64,000 bases of DNA. Origin: Geosiphon pyriformis uo1 (taxonomy: Eukaryota; Fungi; Glomeromycota). Below are positions 1 through 12,977 of this stretch, piece after piece (the stretch's first letter is position 1; each line of letters opens with the position of its first letter). The stretch is taken from contig JAAOMT010000531.1 in NCBI GenBank assembly GCA_016748015.1, positions 464,782-528,781 of the forward strand. The letters run 5' to 3'. The translations under genes and the position numbers were made by a program. The notes beneath the pieces were generated by a model that did no database searches, had not been told where the DNA came from, and saw only the letters and a list, made by a program, of their open reading frames with translations.

Positions 1-126
1 AAATGTAAACTGGCATGCCGCACACGAATTTCCTTCATTATTTTCAATACTTTCTTGACAGGATTCACACTCATTGCAATCATGAGAATATGGACGTGTT
101 GTTCTTTTAATTTTTTTATTTTCCAT
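1..126 (-). CDS. 5' end of a Cys-rich-N-terminus TKL kinase family member (continues beyond the window edge)
   Basis: Manual translation MENKKIKRTTRPYSHDCNECESCQESIENNEGNSCAACQFTF aligns with the N-termini at 35103, 51244 and 62422. The same upstream module is present at ~200-300. Confidence 0.85.
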   Translation of the reverse strand, partial: MENKKIKRTTRPYSHDCNECESCQESIENNEGNSCAACQFTF

Positions 127-199
127 GATGTGAATAAAGGACAAAGGATAAATAAGGATAAAAAGTGAATAGGTTATTATTCAAAGATTGTTTCTTTAA

Positions 200-300
200 A
201 ATTTTATTTGATAATACGTTTAGAAAGTAATTTGTCTAAAGAAGAGTTCTTTATTTATTTTGTTTCTTCTATGTTCAAAATAGTCTAACAAAATCAATTT
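200..300 (-). promoter_or_regulatory. Conserved upstream module of the kinase family, copy 1
   Basis: TTTATTTGA(T/A)ARTAYGTTTAGAAAGT...TCTATRTT recurs at ~205, ~35207, ~51321 and ~62467, each ~45-105 bp upstream of a kinase start. Confidence 0.6.
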
Positions 301-651
301 ATTAACCTTATTCATCATATTAAATAGGTTTAGCTATTAACAAATTTAAGTAGCTATAGTACACAAAGAAAAAGTTTCCTTTTGTATCATTGTATTGAGG
401 AGTTCAGTAAAATAAAGACAACAATAAAAAATCAGATTAGGCTTTGAATGAAGCTGTATAATTTAATCAATTGAGTTTTTACTGTATTAAAATAGCATTT
501 TTTAAAATTTAGCAATTATGGGCGTAAAAGAAATCATTTTACATCGCCACAGTTTATTTTTAAGATTATCAAATCGATTACATAAAAAGACTGTTATACT
601 CTTCTATTTACGGGGGACAATGTATGCTGAAAAAGATTATCAATTATGTAC

Positions 652-1789
652 TGATTAAAAGGTTTAAGGTAAAGTGCGAAATTTTAAAAATAGCATTCAA
701 AAAAGTTATTAAAAATATATTAAAATTTAGATTTTTATCATGATAATCAATTCGCCTTTCGGGTGTTGCGGAAAGAAAATTTTTGAATTTGATGCTTTAG
801 CAACCAAAAATATTACATTTCTCGGCCTAAAATAAAATATAACATATAAATTACAAAATTTTTCTAATTGAATTGCTAATTTTTCTTAAGAAAGAACTTT
901 TGTCAATATCAATATCCTTACGATTGTGGGAAGTATTTATATCACCAAATCAGATTATTAAGGTATCTTTTCTATTCGAGAAAAATTAAATTCCAAAAAA
1001 ATTACCATTCAGGATATCAACAGCTGATTTGGGGTTAATAATAAAGGCAAAGCAGATTATTAAATTTTTGAATAAATCGAAAAGAATATGATTTTCTTTT
1101 AAGAGGAGGGGGAGTGGGGCAAATAAATTAAAATTTAAAAATCCGGTCCCGAGATTAAAAAAAATTTTTTGAATTTCTTAAAGTTTTCATTGATAAAAAA
1201 ATCTAAATTCAAAAAACATTACATGAATGCTTAGTCTCCTTTCATTGAATCATTTTTGCCCTTTTTCTCACCTAACCAAAGAAATTTTTTTTATTTAAAA
1301 AATAAATGCTGCGCCAAAGGAAAGACCTGTTTACTTGCAAAAAAACATGAAATTTTCGGCGTAATACCAATCACCATTTATCATGTAGGAAAATTTTTTT
1401 TGTAAGACGCACGTTTTTTGACCTAATTAAAATTTCCTAATTTCGAATATATTCACATTTCCACTGATTGGGTTTTCTTAAGGGGAGGTTACAAAATATA
1501 ATATGAAACACCTAGTTTTATTGCTCTAGAGATTGTGCAAAATAAATTATGAACTTGAAACAAAATACGGGAATTCAAAGTATGAAAAGTGAATTCAGTT
1601 TCCATCGTTTTGTGAATCGAATGATCAAAGGTCTATTACATGAAACTTATATTTACTACCTATAATTAATAAAATTTTGCTCGCATCAAACAAGTTCATC
1701 ATATTAATTCTACAGAAGATTAGTAAAATGGACAATTCTTTCTTGTTTATTGTAATATGCTCAAAAAAGCTCGATTCAGATAAATTTGA
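652..1789 (+). repeat. Left copy of a ~1.1-kb non-coding repeat, inverted relative to 23156-24530
   Basis: Collinear reverse-complement blocks: 723-802 vs 24368-24450, 886-957 vs 24234-24315, 958-1020 vs 23840-23900, 1245-1724 vs 23198-23686. Confidence 0.9.
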
Positions 1790-2237
1790 TAGTTTTTATA
1801 ATTAAATAAATCTATTTAGGCTTTTTAATGACCACTTTTAATTTTTTGTTGTTAGCTCTTGATTTCTTTAATTATAAGTTTTTATATTATTGATTAAGAA
1901 ATATTCAAATATTAATTCTAATATTTGAATAATTTATTAAAAATTTAATTATCATATTAATATCTTAAAACATAAGGTCTTTTTAGTAAATTATAAATAA
2001 AATTTTTGTAATTAACAAAATTGTGAAACTCTTTTAATTATATTTTTATAAAAACATTAAGTAAATGCATAAATTTCATATTTTATATATATTGAAATAA
2101 CAAGTTAATAAATAGAAAAAACTAATTAATAAAAAATAAATATATCAAATATTATAACTTATTTAATTAAAACATATATTTTCAAAAATATCAATTCAAT
2201 TAATAAAAAAATTTAAATATTAAACAATAATTGTGGA

Positions 2238-2445
2238 TAAGGATAGCAGAAAGGTAACCCGTCTTTGGTTGTGGGAGTTTATTAAGATGGAAGCATGGGA
2301 TTTGTTTCCATTGTCTGGTCTAGAGTAGTCTTGATTGGCTCAGGTGAATAGTCACGTGTTGTTTTGACAATGATCCATGACAATGGCATTGTACAGGATA
2401 GTTATTGGTTGGACTACACTACTTTGTTGAGCATTAAAATAAATG
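2238..2445 (+). mobile_element. Short LINE 3'-end / SINE-like fragment
   Basis: GC-richer island with GTAGTCTTGATTGGCTCAGGTGAATAGTCACGTG...TTGGACTACAC. The core matches the sequence at the ORF2 end of the LINE relic (~32680) and several other dispersed copies. Confidence 0.6.
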
Positions 2446-2947
2446 TGAATTTCAAATGCAATTAACCATTTACATCTTTATTAATAAATCTTATAAATCA
2501 ATTTTACTATTATTTATTAAAAAATTGGGTTTCATATATATATATATATATGTATATAGACATTTTTTAATTTGAATTAATATTTTTAATTAATCTAATA
2601 ATATTTTTATATATATATTCTAAATTGCATCACTTAATGTTATTTTTATATTATATTATAATATACCAAAAATTAATTTAATGAATGAAACTTACAAATA
2701 AATAAATTGTTTAATAAAAATAAATTAATAGCAAAATAATTGAAAGCGATATTTTTTTCTCAAAATTAATAAATTTTCTTTTCTTATATTTTATAAAAAA
2801 TCTAACTTGAAATTCAAAAAATAATTATTTTAATATTTTTAAATTAACTAAACTTTTTTTGCTAACATGAATATAACTTAACTACTATATATATATATAA
2901 GAGGCATATATTATAAAATAAATGCAGTTTAAATGCTTTTTATATAT

Positions 2948-2982
2948 AACCAACCACCTAAGTCAATCAAAACTATACTATC
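2948..2982 (-). mobile_element. Transition-mutated copy of the LINE 3'-end core
   Basis: The reverse complement TAGTATAGTTTTGATTGACTTAGGTGGTTGGTT differs from the window consensus TAGTGTAGTCTTGATTGGCTCAGGTGGCTGGTC only by C>T/G>A changes. Confidence 0.6.
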
Positions 2983-3489
2983 ATATAAATTTAAAACTTA
3001 AACCAACTGCTGTACCAAAAAAAATTAATTCACTATGCTTAAAATACCTGAAACCAAATGTGCAAACTCATAAAATTCAAATATTCTAAAACAAAACTGC
3101 ATTTCTATATAATATTAAGATCAATTATCTTTTTTTTATATTTTTAGTAATTATGCTTTTATTTACAGATATTAGAACTACTCGCTTAGACGAAAAAACA
3201 ATGGAAAACTCATTTGACGTCTTTGTGTACTAAAGCTAGTTAAACAATAATGGTTCAAGGGGGAAATATGAAAGAAAAAACTGATCATTATGATCTATGC
3301 TCGAACAATGCGTTACAACATGATCGAGATTAGGTAGAAAAGAGAGAATACCTTTTTTAAATTATCAATTTTAGCATCTAATCACCTTTGTAATTGTTAT
3401 ATTGTAAATTAAAATTTTTATAAACTTAATCTCATTATATAGTTTAAAAAATTATGATGTCCGATAGCATATTCATAAAATTGAAATTA

Positions 3490-4100
3490 AATTTTTCTCT
3501 TACCTTTAGGCAAATAGACTAATTCTTTTATAAGGTTCATTAATATCATTATTCATAATCACAATATTTTCTTTGGCCAGCAATTTTACTACTTTTAAAA
3601 GCAAATGTTGTTTGGATGATTTCTTTAATTTTTAAAATAGTAGTGGCTTTCTCAAAATCTTGAAATTTTTTTTATTTTGGTAACTTTTTTATAAGTCATT
3701 TTTTTTTCAACAGCTATAAAATTAATATCCAAAGCAAAAATTTCCTTACACTAATATTGAATGTATCTATTTACAAAAATATGATTTTTTTTCTTTAATC
3801 AATAACATTGTTTTTCCAAAATCATTTTGCCAAGTTTTCAACAGGTATTTCAAACTTTTTACTTTTACAAGATGTGTTAACGTGTCATCTAGTGGTCTGC
3901 TCCTCCAAACTGCTTGTCTTTTAATTCACTTTATTAAAAATTGCTTTGCTGTCCAATGATGCAACTTTGTTCAGAACTTTCGAAATTTTTAGCATTCTTT
4001 GGCTTTCTGTACTGGTAATATTCAATGAAACTGGTCTTTGGCTCTTGTTTGCCATATTTTCACTTCTACTGTTACTAGCAAGAAGTTACTGAACAAATAG
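3490..4100 (-). mobile_element. Degenerate LINE ORF1 (gag-like) relic
   Basis: Frame-broken translation FALDINFIAVEKK...FQDFEKATTILKIKEIIQTTF...KENIVIMNND...IKELVYLPK resembles Glomeromycotina LINE ORF1 as I recall it (FALDI...GFGGATTPSKF.GIIR.TF...IKEIP.DLPK). It shares the FAL motif with the 32780-33400 relic. Not verified by search. Confidence 0.5.
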
Positions 4101-4541
4101 TCAAAAACATTAAATTTGAACAATGTTGAGAAAAAAATTATAAGTTTACTTAAAAAAGAAGGGAACTTTAACTAAGTAAGCTTTAGTGGCTTCTTGGCTA
4201 AAGAAAGAAGCAATATTTTTAATAACTTATATAATTTAAACGTTAAGATTATCATTTTTAAATGTGCTTGGAAAATCATGCTCAAAAAATTATTATTATA
4301 TAGTACTCATTTTTTCGGTTTCCTTTAAAGAGATAATTAAACAGTAGTGACTAAAAAGTACAACGACTATGGTGTTCTTTTAAAATTTAATGTTATCTAA
4401 GAGCGCAAGGGAAAATTAAAAGTGTTCCCAAATTTAATGAAATATAAACTCTTAGTTATGACCATTAGTGACAACGATTGATTATTACATGTTCCATATT
4501 GCCAAAATCAGAGTTTTTATCAAAATATCTGGAACAAATTC

Positions 4542-4933
4542 TCAATACCTTTCGGGGATCACCAAAACAATATCAGCTGCCTGTGAATTTTTATCCTCTT
4601 TTAAATAAAGGTACGTTTCAGGTGGAGGTCTGAATTTGTTTTCTCGAGAAACAAACTTATACTTGGTGTGAACGATGGTTTCTTGGAGCTTTGTTTCAAT
4701 TTTATTACGATTGTTATTCCAATCGTATCGCCATTATTGCTTCCAACTGTATCGCCATTATTATTTCCGATTCTATTGCTGTTATTTTTCCCGTTCCCGT
4801 ATACACCACTCTTATTTGTAATGACAGTAGGATTTGAAATAGCTGGAATTGGAGAGCCTTTTGAGAGACTTAATAGAAATGAGAAAACGAAGGAAAGGAG
4901 GACTAGAATAGATGGGGAAAGTGTACAGTACAT
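4542..4933 (-). CDS. Small secreted Asn/Gly octad-repeat protein, possibly frameshifted near 4718
   Basis: AAAATG start context, hydrophobic signal peptide followed by SPIP, and repeats GKNNSNRI/GNNNGDTV/GSNNGDTI. As assembled the ORF ends at 4601; a 1-nt insertion would give a fourth repeat and a stop at 4542. Confidence 0.55.
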
Positions 4934-5500
4934 TTTGCACTTGAGTATTGTTATGGAAATTTTCGATCTTGATTTTTATTACGAAAAATTATGAGTCGAC
5001 GAAGAGTTCAATTTTCTAGCTAATGGTTGATTTATTGTTAAGGATTGATTAAGGTATTTTTTTTAAAATCAATATTCAAAAAAATTCGAATTTTCACGTT
5101 ATAATTAAATTAAATTGAATTGTGCTGCAATAAGAATTATAATACCGATTTATTCTTAAAAGTTTTTTAGGAATCTTGACAAACCATTTTGTGTTAGAGC
5201 AGCTAATTTTCAAATGATATTTAAAATGTTAGAGTTTGAAAAGAAAATTTACAAATAAACATTATTTCGCAACAGATTTAAATTTTAAATGTTTTATCAA
5301 TTTTTTGATTGAGCAAGTCTAGGCTAAAGTATATGAAAATTTTAGTTCTCCATGATTGCCGTTTCTTGACTTCGAACAGATATTAAGACAAAAATTTCAA
5401 TTCTAATTTTGAAGATTCATTGTAACTTTTAATTTCAAAAAAACTAAATCCGCATTATTTTCATAATCACAATTAGTTTCGTCTTTCCTATACACAGCTC

Positions 5501-6380
5501 TCATTTCGTCACCCACCACTCCATCCAAACTTTGACATGTTGGCGATTATCAATTCTTCGATATGTTCCTTTGGTTTTCAACGCTTCTTCAATTGAAATC
5601 ACGTCACAATTCGAACATTTCTCAATTTTTAGATATCTGAGTTTTTTACATTTACAAAGCACCATCAACGAATCATCTTGTTTTCTATCATGAGCATCAC
5701 GAGNNNNNNNNNNNNNNNNNNNNNNNNNNNNNNNNNNNNNNNNNNNNNNNNNNNNNNNNNNNNNNNNNNNNNNNNNNNNNNNNNNNNNNNNNNNNNNNNN
5801 NNNNNNNNNNNNNNNNNNNNNNNNNNNNNNNNNNNNNNNNNNNNNNNNNNNNNNNNNNNNNNNNNNNNNNNNNNNNNAACCTCATCGATTCCTGCTTTTC
5901 CCTCAGTTCTACCACTACACCATAGGTAATACATTGGGTCATTTGTTGGGAAATTGATTTGAAACTGTATAATTGCTCTTGAATTATCATTAAAAATTTG
6001 GAAAATAGAATTCAAAATTTTTTTGACAGTAGTTGGGATGCAATTTCGGTCTAGCCCATCGCAATATTGCCATGCGGCATTTACCAGACGGTTATAATCG
6101 AGTTTTTTGAGATACGCAGGATAATTTGCCAATGGTTTTGGAAGTTTAGTTTCAGGATATTTCCAAATTCGGAAAATGCCAAGTTCTTTAGTAATATTGA
6201 AAGGCCAGCAATTTATATGACTACGAAATGGATCAGACCAAAGAATTGGAACAGTGATTTTAAACCATTGTTTGGAAACTTGAAGTGTTTTAAAAAGGTC
6301 TTTATTTGATAAATTATGAAATATAGGGAATAATATGTCATCTAAAATAATAGGTTTAATATTTTGCTGTTTCGTAAATG
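5501..6380 (-). CDS. F-box domain protein with LRR-like C-terminus; interrupted by an N gap, start not located
   Basis: In-frame upstream of the tracked ORF is IILDDILFPIFHNLSNKDLFKTLQVSKQWFKITVPILWSDPF (F-box), then PLANYPAYLKKLDY. After the gap the frame reads LCKCKKLRYLKIEKCSN, LRR-like, to a stop at 5501. It may be a pseudogene. Confidence 0.7.
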
Positions 6381-7752
6381 ATACATGTAATATATTAATA
6401 ATAATATATTTATTATAGGTTTAGCAAAAAAAATTTAAAGCTAATTTGTTTGTCAAGAAAGAAGAATTAGTAAATTAATTACTTTCGAACTGCTTATTGT
6501 GGAATCACAATCACCATGATTATTTCCTAAAAATGGGATTTTATTGGGTTTCGAATTCACCATATCCAAGTTGCTTTACTCCGTTCGTAAAAAAGTTTGG
6601 AAAATGGTATTTTGGATTTATATAACTTGAGAAGAGATAAAATTTGTTTACCTGCGGCGGGAAAAAATAATGTATAATATCACTTGTCTGCCAATTTCCC
6701 TAGCCGTAGTATCTACATGTGTAATGATTTTCATCAGAGAAAGTTTCATTTTTTACATATTTTCTTTCTCTATTTATTATTTCTCATTCCCAACTGCTGT
6801 TATTGTGATGAGTACCCATAACAAGCTAATAACTTAACTTTAGATGAGAGAATTAATCTAATATCCGGGAACTCTATTACTTGATCTTAGCAAAAGGCTC
6901 AAGAGAATTGAACAAAGCTTTTTTAAAGATTTAGAAACCTAAATACTTTGTTTTAAAATAAAATTAGCCAAACTAATAATATATCGAATCTTTTTTTTAT
7001 AAAAAATTCAACAATAGAATATATTTAACAATTATTTGAAAATATTTTTCCAAATAATCCTAATTATAATTGAAAATTAATAAAATAGACAGTAAAAATT
7101 CATTGTTAAAATATTTTTTTTTTAATGGAAAAGATTTATGTTTTGTTTTTAAAATTTAATACAAATATATTATCATAACAAGAAAAAATTAAAAATTAAA
7201 AAAATATGTGAATAAAATGGAATAAATAAAAATAATAATAAAGTTACATAAAATAAAAAGATTTTTTAAAAATCTAAATAATTGGCTAAAATTCATTATT
7301 AGATTAATTATCAGCTGAAAAAACAAACTTAACAAGATAACAATAAATAATTTTTGTTTTATTTTTGCTTTTTTTGTTATTTAAATTTTTTTCAAAAATA
7401 AAAACTAAGAATTATTAAATTTATAATATTGAAAAATTTTTAAGAAACTTAATTGATTAAGTTAAACAATCAAATCCAATCAATTTATGCATATTAAAAT
7501 AACAAAACAATTATAAATTTTTAATTGTGCAGATTTTTAATTCTTTGATTAATTATTAAAAAAATTTCATCAAAAATCAATCGAATTCTTTTCTTTTGGA
7601 ATAAAAAATAAAATGACATAATTGAAGTTTGAATTTAAATATCAAATAATATTTTTCTAAAAAATTTAATTAAATATTTAATCTTTATAAAATAATTGTT
7701 CTGAACAAGGTTTTATTAAAAATCTTTTGATTCAAATGGTTTTAAAAACATT

Positions 7753-7970
7753 TTAATGCTCGACCTTTAATTAATCAAATTACATATGCAAATAACAAAG
7801 TTCATTGGAATTTATCATGTAATATTGGTATTTAACGATATTAAAATCACAAATTTAATACTAAGGTTAAGAAGAAAATGATTCAATATAAAGATTATTT
7901 TGATGTATTAGATAATTCTAATTAGCCTTCAAGCAATAAATTTAAATTGTTTTATTTATCAATTTTTATT
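7753..7970 (-). repeat. Kinase 3'-flank copy, inverted relative to 9812-10001
   Basis: Direct reverse-complement similarity, e.g. TTAATGCTCGACCTTTAATTAATCAAAT vs ATTTGATTAATTAAAGGTAGAGCATTAA. Confidence 0.85.
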
Positions 7971-8030
7971 AAAAAATATATTCAAAGAATCGAAAAGAAA
8001 TTTAGTTAAAATTGAATAGATAAAATTTAT

Positions 8031-8110
8031 CCAGGTGGCTAGTCACGTGTAAAAAGCGTATATATTGGTTGACTACACTCATTTATTATGAAAAATAAAG
8101 TCTAAATACT
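8031..8110 (+). mobile_element. LINE 3'-end fragment
   Basis: CAGGTGGCTAGTCACGTG...TTGGTTGACTACACTC followed by an A-rich tail. Confidence 0.55.
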
Positions 8111-8118
8111 TTATTACA

Positions 8119-8762
8119 TTAAAACTTAATAAATAAAAAAAAATGCAAACTTATAACTCCACTTATATAAATTGCTCGTGGATGAATGCTCGTTATCGTT
8201 GTTGTTGTTTCCGAGTCGTTCTTTACTACTTCTTTTGCATATGTATCTGATTTCGCAAGCTCTGAATTCGTAAACGAAAGTTCATACAACTTCTCGTAAA
8301 ATTTGGCAGTCGGGTGACTCAATGGATTAACACCCCAACACTTGACAATTATTTCAGCAATACAAGGTGGCTTTCCTGTTGCTAATTCCCATAATAATAT
8401 GGCAAAACTATAAATATCACGAGCTGTTGTAAACTTTTCTCCTCTTAAAACTTCTGATGGAATGTATGGAATAACTCCATATATCTTTTTTTCCCGATAT
8501 TGCTTTTCCTGTTGTTGTTGTTGTTGCTGTTGCCATTGTTGCTTCATTGTTTACTGGTTGACATAATCCGAGGTCTCCAATATTTATCTTACAAGTACTT
8601 CATTGTAGGATGTTGCCCGAGTGTATGTTACGATGAATCATACCAAAAGAATGAATTGAATCAAGTCCTCGAGCTATATCATACGTGATCCTAAATTTTT
8701 TTCCAAATTTTTATAATGAAAATTTGTTGATAAATATTTTCGCATGTCTCCATGTTCTACAA
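8119..8762 (-). pseudogene. TKL kinase pseudogene (C-lobe only)
   Basis: EHGDMRKYL..HRNIHSGNILQ*..IGDLGLCQP..YGVIPYIPSEVLRG..DIYSFAILLWELATGKPP, with frameshifts, a stop, catalytic D>N and an internal deletion between two PP codon pairs. There is no 5' exon. Confidence 0.9.
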
Positions 8763-8916
8763 ATAAGAATTAATTATAATCTTGAATAATTTCAAAAATA
8801 AAATTGGTCAGAGTATTGGAGCGGGTATCTTTTCTCATGTGTCATCGTTGACCGAACTAATTGGTGTAGTCGACAACATTGGTTACCTTTGTATAGTGTA
8901 GTCTTGATTTAATATG

Positions 8917-9754
8917 GGGGATTACGCAAAACGCTGAAACACTCGAGTATGGAATGGTAATGTATTTTGACGAACATGGAGACATGCGAAGATATTTATC
9001 AGCAAATTTTCATTCTACGAGTTGGTCTGATAAATTAGAGATCCTGTTCAGAATAGCTCAAGGACTTGATTCAATTCATTCTTCTGGTATGGTTCATCGT
9101 GACCTACACTCGGGAAACATCATACAATATTACTATGACGGGATATCTATTGGAGACCAGGGATTATGTCAACCTACAAACAATGAAGCAACAACAACAG
9201 AAGAGAAAAAGATATATGGAGTGATTCTATACATTCTACCAGAAGTTTTAAGAGGAGAAAATTTTACATCGGCTTCCCCACTTATTCCACCTTCTATCGC
9301 TGAACTCATTGAAAAGTGTTGGTATGTTAATGCTGAGAGTTGTCCTACTGCCGGAGAAGTTGACGCGGTGTTAGGTAAAGTTTAGCGCAAGAATTCCGAG
9401 TTTGAAAAATCAGATAAATACGAAAGAGAAATGTTGAAGAAAGACTCTACAACAAATTACTCAACAACGACAACAACGCGCATTCATCTAGGAGTTTAAA
9501 CAAGAAATGCGACGAGATAACAAACCCTCGACAACGACAACCTCAGCAACAGATTGTTTAACAAAAAATTTTCCAAGATAATAATTCATCTAGCATTCTA
9601 TACAAGTCATCTTTTAACTGCACAGACCGTTGATTTTTCAAGCTTTATATAATTTATAAGTGATAAGTTTCATAATTGATTAATTTATTAGGTAAATTAA
9701 TATGCTAACTTTCTTTTATTTGAATTTTCCAATAGACTTTATCTACCTTCCTTA
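8917..9754 (+). pseudogene. TKL kinase pseudogene (C-lobe only)
   Basis: GITQNAETLEYG..HRDLHSGNII..IGDQGLC..YILPEVLRG. Subdomain IX is deleted (FTSA|SPLIPP) and there is a premature stop at 9383. The terminal exon (ag|ACTTTATCTACCTTCCTTAA) matches the intact paralog's FIYLP exon. Confidence 0.9.
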
Positions 9755-12061
9755 AAGTAGTATCTTTTAATTTTTAATATAATAAATTATTTTAATTTTC
9801 AAATTGCTTCATCATAAATAAAACAATTTAAATCTATTGCTTGAAATTATCTAATATATCAAAATAATTCTTATATTGAATTATTTTCTTTTTAACCTTA
9901 GAAATATCGTGATTATCATTAAATACCAATGTTATATTATAAATTACAATGAACTTTGTTATTTTCATATGTGATTTGATTAATTAAAGGTAGAGCATTA
10001 ACCCTCTATGAAATTAAAATTCAACATCCTTGGGTATTAATATCAATCCTATCAAACGATAATGGCGAAAAATAAAATTTCCAAAAGTTGAAAACAATAA
10101 TTTAATATTCGGTCAATCAAAAATTGAAGATTATTTTAATTTTATAAACTTAATTACTACACAAAAATAATTCTTTTCTTAAATTGGTAAAAATCAATTG
10201 AAATAATTTGATCAACTTTCAATTTTTATAAATTTTATCTAAATAATTAAAGTTTTTCAAATTTTTAGAAATGAAAAATTATATATGCTCATAACAATAA
10301 TTTTCTATTTTTTTCCTTTAATGCTAACAATTTTAGATTTTTTTGTAAAAATTCTAATTTTAATTTTTAAATATTAAATAATAAATAAATTTAAACATAT
10401 AAAATAAAATAATTAATTAAAACAATATTATCAAATTTATTATTTAACCAATAATCAAAACATGATATTTTATTAGAACAAATTTCAGAAAAAAATTTCA
10501 AAAATTGGTTTAATTAATTATATAAATTAATGATATTAAATATTGCAAAACAAAATTAATCAATTAATCAATAAATAAATAAATAAATAAATAAATAAAA
10601 TAAAATAAAATAAATTTTTTAACATAAAATAAATTACATTTTATTTTGAAATTCAAACTGTAAAATATTTAATGCGCATGAGATACATTTACTTGAGAAC
10701 ATATATTTTGTTGTATTGTGATAAATAGTGGTTGGGTCTCGTTCGTTAAACAAAAAAAAAATATTTAATAAACTTTTTTATTTTTTTCAAATTAAAGCTT
10801 TTATATAAGGTAAAAAGGAAGTATTTTGGTTAATGGAGGTATTGCGGAGAAAAGAATCTTGTGAAAAAGTTAGCAAAATAAATTCTTGTGTAAGAATAAG
10901 ACGCGAGAAAGTATGACATTTTCTCACTTGAACAAATGATATCTTTTATCACAAATTATTAACTTCGCCACAATTTCATTCATCAATATACCCCTTTTTA
11001 TCTTGTATTTAATATATATTAGTTATTATTATTTTCAGTTTTTTAATAAATGTTTAATTATATTATAAAAGTATTAAAAAATAAATTCTCTAAGATTTAT
11101 TAATTAATATTTATTTTATAAAAGGAGATAATAGTGTTATATATATTTTTTTATAATTAATTTAACATAAATCAACAAAAAAAAATCAAAATCAAAATCA
11201 AAATCAAATATTTGTTTTAGACAAATTAAGATTAAAAAGTTGTGATAAAATTCATTTATTCAGAAAAAAAACATGTATTTTATTTGAAAATTAAAAAATT
11301 ATAATATTTTAAATTATAATATATATATATATATATTAAACCTCAAACTTCCATTTCAATTTCAATTTTATTAAATAAATTTCTAGTTTAAATAATTTAT
11401 TATTTTATAAAAACTAAAAAATCTTGATTTTTTTTAAAAGAAAATCAAAATAAGAAAATAACGATTAAAACTAATTCGAATTTATTTTTCGTTTTTTATC
11501 AAGATGTTTTCCAGATATTATTTTCAAAATTTATAATAGTTTCAATTTAATATATAAATAAAAATTTGAGGATCAATTCTATATGAATCAAATAAACATT
11601 TCTTTTTTTTTTTTAGAAGCAGTTTATAATTTATTTTATTCCTTGAATTAAAATAAATTTATTAAATATTTTTTAATAAATTAATTAAATATTTTTATTT
11701 ATTAAATATGTAAATATTTTAATTAGTAAAAATTTATTTTAATTTGATTATGTTTATTACAATTTTATTTTTTAATATAAAAATAAAAATAAATTTTTTA
11801 CTTTTATTCAAATAATTAAAAAACAATATTAAACAAAAATGAAAATAAAAAACAATATATAATTTTTATTACTTATATATTTATGTTAAAAACATATTAA
11901 TGTTTTTTTTAATAATGTATTAAATGAAATTAAATTTATTAAAAAGTAATTATATATTTCATATTAGATATATAATTATTTTTATTTTTATTTTGATAAA
12001 TTATGAATAATTCAATTATAATTTTTTGCAAAATAGCATTTTTCAATAAAATTACAATATA

Positions 12062-12104
<43 letters not shown>

Positions 12105-12845
12105 GTTATTGTTATTATTATTATTATAAAAATAATTAAAGAGACAAAAATTAAGATTAAAGCATAAAAAATACAAAAAAAGAATTTTTTCATTAATTTT
12201 ATTATTTATAAATTATAAAAAATGATATAATAGTAACAAAATTCATTTTAATTTTTTAAATATTTCTAATAAAATGTTTAAAGAATTGAACAAATTTTTA
12301 TTTTTACTTAAAAAATAATAATAATAATAATAATAATAAAATATTGAAAATTCTTATGAATTTACATTTTCCAAATGATAAAATTAGAAAAAAAAAAAAC
12401 CGTTAATTCAACTTTTAAATTTTTTTAACCACTAATCTAATATCGTTCCATCACAAATAACCTCAAATGATGAAACTTTTTGTACAAATTAATCAGTGTT
12501 CTTTATTAAATTGATAATTTAATTTTCGAAACCGAATCAAGGATTGCTTATTAAAAAGAATAAAGCTTATTCGATATTATGATGGCATGATGGCATAATT
12601 TTATATTAAATTTATTTTTCAGTACAACAAGTTATAATGATGATTTCAAAACAACGTTTTTGATCCTCGTTTTAATATTTGTCTAGGAATAATATAAATT
12701 CTTGTACCCACCAAAGGATCTTCAGTTCTTTTGTTTATCATGTTGGTTGCAAATCATTTCAGTAGTCATGTTATTTTGGAAAAACTTGTGAAATATGGTT
12801 AGCAAAGTGTACATTGTATTCCAATTATGATAAACAGCAGCGATA

Positions 12846-12892
12846 CCAACAAAGACAAATACTACGACAACAACTACAACAACAACCACAGC

Positions 12893-12962
<70 letters not shown>

Positions 12963-12977
12963 CCAACAACAACAACA
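12846..12977 (+). repeat. (CAA)n microsatellite
   Basis: Direct sequence. It generates the spurious poly-N and poly-V ORFs. Confidence 0.95.

Noticed and set aside
4668-4994. Plus-strand hydrophobic 108-aa ORF
   Set aside because: It is antisense to the signal-peptide ORF, has a GTG start, and its hydrophobicity follows from the Asn-rich opposite strand.
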